This document shows positions 1 to 10,600 of a stretch of 64,000 bases of DNA, piece after piece. Below the pieces are notes generated by a model that saw only the letters and a program-made list of their open reading frames with translations, made no database searches and was not told the origin of the DNA. Source of the stretch: Leucoraja ocellata. Its lineage: Eukaryota. The stretch's first letter is position 1. Each line of letters begins with the position of its first letter. The translations under genes were made by a program, and so were the position numbers. The stretch covers positions 558,001-622,000 of the forward strand of contig JAWMAR010000779.1 of NCBI GenBank assembly GCA_036785375.1, read 5' to 3'.

Positions 1-2305
1 AACATTTTGGTCCACTGTTATTTCCTATCCATCTCAAACTTTCCTCAAATCCCTTGGTATCTTGTTTTTCAAAGCCTGTTCTTCCCACTTGTGAAATGGT
101 GGGTATGGGGCAGATCAGTCATACTGTACTTCAGTGAACAAGATATTTGGCCTTGCTGATGATACCTCCCTCACTTTGTGGAGGGAGAAGAAATTGTCAC
201 AATGCTGTGTTGGGCTTGATATTAGTTTACCATAACATGATACGTCAAATTAAATCCTTACAGAAGAAAGACGTTCTGTGGGACTTTGGATTACCTGCCT
301 CCAGAGATGGTTGAAGGACGGATGCATGATGAGCGAGTGGACTTGTGGTCTTTGGGCATTCTGTGTTATGAGTTCCTTGTAGGTCATCCTCCATTTGAAT
401 CTTCAACTCATAAGGATACATATAGAAAGATCTGTAAGGTGAGATGTTATACATAAAATTGTTGAGAAAAGTCAGTCATCTATGCCTTGCAGGCTACTTA
501 CAGGCATGCCTATGTCAGCAATATGTCTGGAGCACTGGCAATCTGTCCTCGACCTATTGTGGTTGAAATTGTAAAGGGATAGCTAATACTTGGATGCCAT
601 TAATAAGACCAAGTTGGTATTTCAACATATAATAAATGTATTCTAATATAAAATGTTTCTAGCTTTGTATTTGTATCCAAATTTCCAGTATCTGTAGTCT
701 ATAATTATTCATGCATGATAACTGAAAATGTTCAATATTGAAATTTATAGGTTGAAGTCCAGTTTCAACCGAGCATGTCAGAAGGTGCAAAGAGTCTAAT
801 CAGCCAATTACTTCGCCATGATCCAGTACTGAGACTTCCCCTCAAGGCTGTGATGGAACATCCATGGGTGAAATCTAATGCCTGCAGACTTCTTCCACCA
901 GAATGTACCAACAGTGAAAATTTACAACTACAGAGGTCCTGAGGATAGCCGACTTGTACTTTAAATGTATATTGAACGTGAACTTTGTAAATTATATGCT
1001 TTTCCTCCATCTGAACCAGTCTTCCTGCATGTTTTAGTCATTATTTGAACTGTATACACTGATATTTAGATTTGTCAGCAAATATATAATGCAAGTCATG
1101 TTTTCTACCCAGTTTTTCCACTTGCTTAAATATTAAAGTGACCTGCATCTGCATTTTGTTTAAACTACATGCCTGTATCATAACCCTTAAACAGTAATTC
1201 AGAACTACCTGGAGTTGACTGTTTGTAGCTAAAGCAATGAAAATGATGCTTTTTTAAAGTTTTTGCATTGATTTGAAAATAAATCTGTTGAATTCTAAAA
1301 CAGTTTATCATTTTGAAGAATTTGAGTATTTACACTTTAATGGCCTAAGGAAATTGATTCTACATCTACACTACAAAGGGGCCTATTCAGAAGCCTAATT
1401 TTAAGAGTTGGGTTCTGAAATATTGACCTGTGTGGCTTGTGAAATAGCAGAGAAGGTCTTTTAACTGTTCCTCCAGTGACAATTGTTTTCAGTCAGTTTA
1501 AATACGTGAAAATTGGGCTGTTAACATTTGCATGTCAAATATCAAAGCATAACAACACTCTTCAGCTGGTTTGAGCCTTGGCTGGAGTGTATTCTGCGAT
1601 TTGATGTCTATTTATCTCAGCTGTATATCCAGACATTTAATTTATTACAAAAATGGGCCAACGTATATTGTTTTTTTCCCCCCTCCAATATTTGTGAAAA
1701 CCCAAATTTAAAAAGCAGAATTTAACTTGTAGTTTGCACAAGGAAAGCAGCACCAAGAATCCAATGATACCTCTGACCTAGATCACAGTACTCAGTTGAA
1801 ACTGGATCTTCTAAAAAAAAAATGCTGAAGGAACCTAGTAGGTCAAACAGAATCCGTGGAAGGAAACAAACAGATGTTCCAGATCAGGACATTTCTTCAT
1901 AGCTAAACCTGTAATGCTTGTGAGGTGGCAGAAGTTCATGCTCAGGGGATGTAAGCTAGGTGATTGATTTTTCCAAAGTTACTACGTGCAAGTATGTCAA
2001 AGAAAGGTCTGAAGTTAAAATGTTTCATGTATCAGAGTAATATCACGTTTACTCCAGCAGCTTTTATTTTATTTAAACACTTTCTTCATAAAGACACCTT
2101 CAGTATAGTTAAATTGATTACATTTTAAGTCTGTAAACAGCAGAATTGTACATCCACACTTGAAGACACCGATAACTTGTGTCAGTAAGACGTGGCTCTT
2201 GTATCAAAGTGTCTGAGAAGCTTTGCATTAGGAGGCGTAGGCAGTTAAAACGTGGTTACACCACTGGACTAAATAAATACAGACATGCTATGATCTAGGG
2301 AAACA
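1..2305 (+). repeat. Segmental tandem duplication unit 1 (right end only)
   Basis: Matches 13531-15945 and 30712-33125, with a 102-bp deletion in intron 7. Confidence 0.95.
264..942 (+). CDS. AURKB: Aurora kinase B, tandem copy 1 (partial: last two coding exons; 5' part lies left of the window)
   Basis: AG/GT-bounded exons 264-438 (175 nt, [58 protein letters not shown]) and 751-942 (VEVQF...[14 protein letters not shown]...QRS*, TGA at 940-942). AATAAA at 1278-1283. Confidence 0.9.
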
Positions 2306-2309
2306 GCAT

Positions 2310-3905
2310 TTGCTGTTCTTCTGCACACTTCTCAGCTGATCAATATCCTGTTATTATTCTTGACTATTTACTGTCTACAATATCACTTATTTTAGCATCA
2401 TCTGCAAATTTACTAACCAGGCCTTGTACATTCTCATCCAAATCATTAATATAACTGACAAACAACAATGGGGCCAACACTGACCCCTGAGGTACACCAC
2501 TAGTCATGGGCCAAGTCTCAAGATGCTTTAACTGAGGAATGATGTAGGCTAGCAAGCAAAGAATTGATTGGAATTTTCAATAGGACATGCAGCAATTTTG
2601 GATGCACCTCAACTTCATGGATCTTCGAACACGAGAGACGTGTCTTGCTGATATCATGCCTAAGAGGTATATGGACCCAGCTGTCATCCACAATCAGTAC
2701 CCCGTTCCTGCCTTATCCCCATATCTTCTGATTCCGATTTTTTTTTAAGAGTCCTATCTAGCTCTTGAAAGCATCCAGAGAACCTGCCTCCACCGCCCTC
2801 CGAGGCAGAGAATTCCACAGACTCGCCACTCTCTGTGAGGAAAAAGTGTTTCCTCGTCTCCGTTCTAAATGGCTTACTCATTCTTAAACTGTGGCCCCTG
2901 GTTCTGGACTCCCCCAACATCAGGAGCATGTTTCCTGCCTCTAGTGTGTCCAAACCCTTAACAATCTTATATGTTTCAATGAGATATTCCTCTCATCCTT
3001 CTAAACTCCAGAGTATACAAGCCCAGCTGCTCCATTCTCTCAGCATATGACAGTCCCGCCATCCCGGGAATTAAACTTGTAAACCTACGCTGCACTCCCT
3101 CAATAGCAAGAATGTCTTTCCGCAAATTAGGCGACCAAAACAGCACACAATACTCCAGGTGTTGTCTCATTAGGCTCTGTACAACTGCAGAAGACCCTCT
3201 TTGCTCCAATATTCGATTCCTCTTGTTATAAAGTCCAACATGCCATTCGCTTTCTTCACTGCCTGCTGTACCTGCATGCTTACTTTCAGTCTGAAGAAGT
3301 GTTTCCGCCCGAAACGTTGCCTATTTCCTTCGCTCCATAGATGCTGCTGCTCCCGCTGAGTTTCTCCAGCATTTTTGTGTACCTTCGATTTTCCAGCATC
3401 TGCAGTTCCTTCTTAAATGCTTAATTTCATAGACTGATGAACAAGGACCCCCAGATCCCGTTGTACTTCCCCTTTTCCCAACTTGATGCAATTTAAATAG
3501 TGTTCTGTTTTTGCTACCAAAGCGGATAACCTCACATTTATCCGCGTTAAACTTAATCTGCCATGCATCTGCCCACTCCCCCAACCTGTCCAAGTCACCG
3601 TGCATTCTCATAGCATTTTCCTCACAGTTCACACTGCCACCCAATTTTGTGTCATCTGCAAATTTGCTAATGTTACTTTGAATCCCTTCATCCAAATCAT
3701 TGATGTATATTGTAAATAGCTGCGGTCCCTGCACCGAGCCTTGCGATACCCGACTAGTCACTGCCTGCCATTCCGAAGGGGACCCTTAAATCCCTACTCT
3801 ATGTTTCCTGTCTGCCAACCACTTCTTTATCCATGTCAGCACTCTACCCCCAATACCATGTGCCCTAATTTTGCCCCCTAATCTCCTGTGGGACCTTATC
3901 AAATG
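2310..3905 (-). mobile_element. Degenerate CR1 LINE fragments (RT C-terminus and 3' tail); duplicated at about 17840-19560
   Basis: Frameshifted RT motifs SGVPQGSVL, YINDLD, SKFADDTK, HLEYC..WSP, and a CR1 3' UTR. Confidence 0.9.
3289..3416 (+). mobile_element. 128-bp Penelope-derived short element with hammerhead-like core, nested in CR1 with a 13-bp TSD (copy at about 18947-19074)
   Basis: Starts GTCTGAAGAAG...CCCGAAACGTT. Flanked by ATGCTTACTTTCA (3276-3288) and ATGCTTAATTTCA (3417-3429). Confidence 0.75.
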
Positions 3906-4315
3906 CAATCTGACACTTTAATAGTCAACAGGTGCAAGGGGAAATTAACTTAGATTTCTGATAACATTGCTGTGCATGTGGATGAGAAATGGGAATGGTC
4001 AAGAACAGATGTTGTCTTGTGATGTGTGAGGAAGCATCTCTGATTGACGCCATCAACCAACAATATTATTATTGTAATATTGTCCAAATTATCATATTAT
4101 TGGCTCACAACCAGTTGATTCAAAACCACTGGATTATCTAGGTAGTAAATAGTAATGGAAACCGAGCTGAAAATTTGAGCCATGATAGAACATGCGCCAT
4201 GATCTTGATGAATTGAACGAAATGTGGAAACAACCGGTTAATGGAGAACAAAGTTACTCGAGGAGCTCCTGTCGTATCTTTGATGGAGACGCGGGAGCCC
4301 GAGGCGCGCCAGCTG

Positions 4316-4465
4316 ATTGGTGGCTTGGTCGCACACACGCACACACACGAGCCAATCGCCAACACGATCGGGTTATCCAATCGGATATGCCGTTACAATT
4401 GGCCAATGGCGGCGGCTTTTAGACTTTGTAGCGAGCCAATTAGGAGACGGCTGTCCGGGTTTGAA
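4316..4465 (+). promoter_or_regulatory. G2/M-type promoter of AURKB copy 2: clustered NF-Y CCAAT boxes plus CHR element
   Basis: ATTGG 4316, CCAAT 4352, CCAAT 4377, ATTGGCCAAT 4398-4407, CCAAT 4436, and TTTGAA 4460-4465 after a GC-rich CDE-like stretch. CpG-rich, TATA-less, about 150 nt before the ATG. Confidence 0.8.
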
Positions 4466-4617
4466 CTGAAGCGGGGCAACGGTCGGAGCTCGAGCGGTGG
4501 AAGAGGTGAGAGAGAGAGAGGGAGAGGGGGAGGGAGGGAGTTACCGATATATACATCGAGGTGCGCCACCTGCGGAGAGGAGCCGAGCCTGGAGCTTGGC
4601 GCTTCGCCCCGGAATCA

Positions 4618-7600
4618 ATGACCTCCAAGGAGAACCACGACCCGCAGGCACCGGGCCTCACTCAGGTGAGGGAGTGGGCCTTTACTGTGAGGGGAGGCGG
4701 GCTGGGAGCCGGGAGATGAATGGAGTGGGGTGCAGAGGAAGACTAGAGCACTGGCGAGCGGGTCGGGGAGTGAGACTGGTGGGGGGTGGGGGCAGTGAGT
4801 AAGGGGCTGGAGGATAGTGGGAGGTGGTGTGATGTGTGGACATTGGGATCGGTGTTCTTATGGAGCTACTTCATTAAGTTCGCTCTCCTCCCTTCCACAG
4901 ACACTGACTTCGATCAGGTTGGGTAGTCCAAAGTATTTGAAGAAACAGTTGAGCGGATCGTGCATTTCTGCATCGTCTTCCATATTGCCTTTGAGAAACA
5001 TGTCCAAAGCTTCTACTGTCGTACCACTGGCAACAGGTATGCAGTGTCAACATGGGAGAGCATGCTAAAGTGTGTGGGAGTTCTGATGATATTAGAAGCC
5101 ATGGGCCCTTTGTGGCACGTTTTTTCAACCTTGTTTTTCAACTTTCCATGCCTATATAAATCCTCAACAATCTCGTGGTCCTTGTTTGAATGAAATCAAT
5201 ATTAGTCAATTATATTATAATCTGGCCAATAATATCTCATAGAAAAGATGTCCAGCTGGAAAGGGTACAGATAAGATTTACGAGGATGTTGCCAGGACTA
5301 GAGGGTCTGAGCTATTGGGAGAGGTTGAGTAGGCTGGGACTCTATTCCTTATTTACTTCCCCCCCCCCCGTTTTTTCTAAAATAGCATGGTTACGCTTAA
5401 CTACGGTTCAATGCCGGAACCATACAGATTAGTGAATTGTTGCTATTAGGGCAGTGTTTTTATATTCCTGGTTCAAGTATTAATTGATTTTAGTGCACAA
5501 TTATTCCCAACAAAGCAAAAGTGCTGGAGAAACTCAGAGGGTGCCGCAGCATCTATGGAGCGAAGGAAATAGGCCACGTTTCGGGCCAAAACCATACTTC
5601 AGACTGATGCAGGGTGGGGGGGCGGGAAGAAGAAATGAAGAGGAGGAGTCAGAGGGCAGCAAGGGTTACCGGAAATTGGAGAAGTCAATTTTCAAGCCGC
5701 TGGGGCAATGTTCTACCCCCAGCGGCTTGAACATTGACTTCTCCAATTTCCGGTAGTCCTTGCTGTCTCCTCCCCTTCCCAGCTCTCCTTTTGGCTCCTC
5801 CTCTTCCTTTCTTCTTCCCGCTCCCCCGCATCAATTAAAGCTGATAAAGCTCGGGATCTCGTCACTGAAACATTTCAACCCAATCCACATCCTGGCATAT
5901 CTGCACCTTCTTCAGTTCCATCATGTTCTTCCAATAATATCGAGAACAGAATTGCATATAGTACTCCAATTATGGCCGAAGCCAAGTTTTATAAAGTCAT
6001 ACTGTGATCTTCATGTTCTTGTATTCCACGTCTTGGCCGATGAAGGCTTGCATAAAGTCATACAGCACGGAAGAAGGCCGTTCAGCCCAACTCATCCATG
6101 CCAAGATGTCCCATCCAATCTAGTCACCTGCGTTTGGCCACATCCCTCTAAACCTTTCCTATCCAAGTCCAAGTGTCTTTTAAATGTTATTGTACCTGCC
6201 TCAACTACCTCCCCTGCCAGCTTATTTCATATCTTCCTCCCCACCCACCCCATCCGAATGTAAAAAGTTGCTCCTTGGGTTTCAATGAAATCTTTCCCCT
6301 CACACCTTAAGCATGCACTGTGATTCCTTTACCCTGGGTACATGATTCTGTGCAATTAATAAATTCCAGTCATGATTTTGTACACCTCCATAAAATCACC
6401 CCTTAAGACTCCTGTGCTCCAAGAAACAAACTCCTAGCTTGCACAATCTCCCCTTATTGCTCAGTCCCTTGGGTGGCAACATCCTCGTCTTCTTGCACTC
6501 TTTCCATCTTATAGACATTCTTCCAAGAGTGGGGTGACAAAAACTGAACTCAATACTTCAAATGTGGCGCATCAGACTCCTGTATATCTATCTGTGCTTC
6601 CATGGCCTTGCATACTCTGCTCATCATACCATTCATGCCCATATCCTACTCTTATCCATACCTTGGAATGTAGGATGTTGAGGGCTGATCTTTGAGATTT
6701 ATAAAACCACGAGGGACATAGGGAGGATGAATGCACTCAGTCTTTTTCCCGGGGTTAGTGAGTCAAGAATTAGAGGGGATAGGTTTCAAGTGAGAGAGGA
6801 AAGATTTAATTGGAATCTGAGGGGCAGAATTTTTGAGACAGAGGGTGGTGAGTAGATGGATAAGCTACCAGAGGAAATAGTTGGACCAGGCACAATAACA
6901 ATTTTTTAAATACATTTGGGAGAGCACAAGGATAGGAAAGGTTTAGAGAAATATGGACCAAATGTGGCAACTGGAACTTGAGTAGGTGGTTGACATGGAT
7001 GAGCTGGAGTGAATGGGGTGGTCCATTGTCGTATTACTCGGTACAAAAAATACTTCTCAATCTGGAACACTGTTTATAGAATACAAGAACAAAATAATCT
7101 GATGCATGTCTTTACAATTTTTCTGTAGCTTTGGGATCGGGAGATCAGAACGTAGCAACAGCACCTGAAACCCAGCAGGTGGTGGTTAAGTAAGTATTAC
7201 AGTTAATCTTGTATTGAGGTGTGATCTCTCTGCTGGATCTGCACTTCTGAAAGCAGTTGAATTAGTGCTATGTAAATTGGTTTGTCCAAAGGACGTGAGG
7301 TCTTGCAAACTGAAGAAGGGTCTCAACCCATTGCTTCTCTCCAGAGATGCTGCTTGTCCCGCTGAGTTACTCCAGCAGTTTGTTGTTTACTGAGATATTG
7401 CAATTTGGAATACATCTCCTATTTTCTTCAATGTACTTATCAAGCTTTGCATAGTGTCTTTCTTCTTCAAAACCACAGGTGATCCGTCATTCTTGCCTTT
7501 CCAGCACATACCTATTGCCGCCAACCATCGCAACCCGTTTCATAGAAGCAATTTCAATAGTAATGCTGCAGTGTAATTCCTGTAGCCTGCAGGCTAAATT

Positions 7601-10600
7601 AGGGGTCTCCAAACTATGGCCCATGGGCCACATCCAGCCCGCAGCAAGCTCTTAACACATTCTGTGCGATGGGCTATAATAACAGGTTCTGTCGTAGCAC
7701 AGGAACATACACGTTAGTTTGCTCTAAACTTTAGAGATACAGCGCGGAAACAGGCCCTTCGTTCGCCCCCACCACCGCCACTAATACTATCCTACACACA
7801 CGCACATACACTAGGGACAATTATACCAGCCCAATTAATCCACAAATCTTCGGTGTATAACCAGCACATGTAGTTCCTTCCTATACAAACCTAGTGTGGG
7901 CGGTAACCGGAGCTCCCAGAGAAAATCCATGCAGGTCACGGGGAGAACGAACAAACTCCGTACAGACAGCGCCCGTATTCAGGAAAGAACCCGACACTCT
8001 GCCGCTATATGGCAGCAAATTAAGACTGCGTCACTGTGCCGCCCAATTATCTTGTACAACTGTAACACAGCTGTTTTTAAAATCCCTCCGATTTTTTTTT
8101 TTTTTTTTACAAAAGGCAGATTTCCCCCTACATTTTGTCTGAGGGGAAAAAAGGGGAAAAGATCAATTATTCACGGACCGATGACCTCGTATTTATTGGG
8201 CCAAAGGGTAAATTATGTTGGAGCAACCATTTGAAAGCTATCATATGGACATGCATTTATTGTAGGTTGGTGTATAAGTGGTGATGTTGTTGCAGATGAA
8301 TGTGTCAAGGCAGTGTTTGTCGAAGATGTTTGTCAGTCTTTACCCTACATATTAATGTGGGAATTTGGGTGCAGAGAAACTAAAATAAAAAGTCGATTGA
8401 AAATAACACGTATGGGAATCGAATCCCCATGGAATATACCACATGCTGAGCAATTTTGCATCAACCCATACAATGCTGTGCCTATACATTGAACTGATCG
8501 CACAGCCACTCGATGTAATATTCCGGATAGAAGTGTTAATTGCTGATGCGCATTCACTCTCACTTTCTTCTTCCACTTGACGGTCACCTAACTACAGAAT
8601 GACGTGCGCTCCATTAATAGGAAATGTCTAGATTGGATATTGTCTTCAGAGCCTTTTAAACATTTATATTTAGAGTAACCCAGGTAAGGCTGCTTCTCCC
8701 GCTTCCATTGGTCACTGTCTGATAGGGTGCCTCACTGCTTCCTCCATCGGGTTTGAATGGAGTTGCCGTGGGTGGGGAGAGAGAGGAGGGCCAGGGTGTT
8801 GGGAAGGCAGGGTTGAGCTGCAACAAACCCTCTCAGTGAGGAACCGGTAAGTGTGTGTGTGTGTATATATGTATATAAATAAATTCAACCGCCCTTTACT
8901 TTAAAGTTTAATCTTGGGTGATGGCTCCAACTATTTGTTTTGAATTTCTTCCATTTGTTTTGCTTACGGCAAGTTCCTTTTTGAGTTCATTAAATTTATA
9001 AAACTGACATTTCTTTATTTTTTCCTACCGCCCCGCAAAAATATATAATGTGGCCCTCGTGCTGAAAAGTTTGGAGGCCCCTGCGTTAAATTAAGGTGGT
9101 CCGTTAAATGTTGGGTGCATCTTTAACTGATCTATCTCCTCGGTTTGGCAGAAAATGTTAGAGGAATAGGATATTCTTTTCATTTTAAGTTTTGTGTGTA
9201 TTTGTGGACTACGCTTATTCCTTTTGCATCCAAATAAATTGTTTCTGGAATGTATTCGTACTTGCAAGTGAAGCTGCACCTGATCAGAATTCTCACTGGC
9301 TTCAACCGTAATGTAGATGCTTAGAAGGTACAGGCATTACCTATAGTTCCAGAGTCGTGCTGAATATGATGCCATTTCTGGTCTTCTCCTATGTACTAGT
9401 ATCCAACTGCATAATAAAGATTAAAATGGGATGAAAGTCCCCACATTCTGAGATTCCCAATCATGTGATGTATTTAAAGCAAATGCCTCTTGTTTTTATC
9501 TCTTCCTCCGTTTATTGTATTTTCTTATCTGAGTCAGTAAGTTTTTATTTTGGATTTACAAAGAAATATTTTAACTTTCAGAAATTGGTGTATTGACAAC
9601 TTTGACATCGGATGCCCTCTTGGGAAAGGAAAATTTGGGAATGTGTACTTGGCTCGTGATCGGGAATCAAGGTTTATTCTGGCACTGAAAGTGCTTTTCA
9701 AGTCCCAGCTTGAGAGCGAAAATGTTGAACATCAACTCCGAAGAGAGATTGAAATTCAATCTCATCTCAGGTAAATTGTCTTTTTTTTAATCCCTTCCCA
9801 TCTTTAGGCTTTCCTTACATCCAGATTTCTCAAGTGCGATTTGGAAATATTGGGTTAGCAGTTGGCGTTCAGACCCTCTGCTGTATTTTGCCATGCAATT
9901 AATTGTGAACTATTAACTCCATTTACCCACTCAGTTCCATTCCATGCCTCATAATTATTCAAAATCTGCTAATTCCATCCTCTGCTGGATGGAATTAGCA
10001 GATTTACTTGTTTGAACCTAAAATGTAAGGATTTGAACATTATTTCCAAAATGTACTTTTGAAAGCATTTGCAAATGAAGAGTAAAATGTCTTGGCATCA
10101 TTGGTGAATTTGAGACCCCTTGTTCTAGCTACATCTGGAAAAATAATTATTTGTGTATTTGTGTTTTTGAATTGTAGTACCAAAACTGGAAATAAATTGT
10201 TAGTTTTTGAATTTCTGTACACTGGATGTTTCATTGCCTTTGAAGATAAAACCTGTAAAACTGGCAAAGTTAATTGAGCCAAAATTATTACCTGCATCTG
10301 AAGAACAGTCCTGACCCAAAACATCACCTATCCTTGGTCTCCATAAATGTGGCCTGATCCACTGAGTTACTCTTTTTTTTTTTTTAAATCACCCGTCAAA
10401 TTGCTTACAGTGGGGATTTGTATTTGATCGATGGCGAACTGGCAAGTGAGTGTCCCCTGAAACAGGCCAGAGTTGATTGGTGGTTTTTAAATAGCAATCT
10501 AATGCGCTTTTCCTTAATTTCAGGCATCCAAATGTCCTACGGCTGTACAACTATTTCCATGATCGTAAAAAAATATACCTAATGTTGGAGTATGCTCCTG

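Noticed and set aside
245-1010. Minus-strand ORFs (69 aa, 81 aa) recurring in each unit as a novel antisense gene
   Set aside because: They are shadows of AURKB exons 7-8 and recur only because of the duplication.
7129-7189. Apparent premature stop if exon 1 is spliced directly to this exon (pseudogene)
   Set aside because: The intervening exon 4901-5036 ends in phase 1 and restores the frame.
8757-8846. Coding alternative first exon giving an Aurora C-like short kinase
   Set aside because: The ATG at 8757 hits a TGA before the donor and is out of phase with exon 4.
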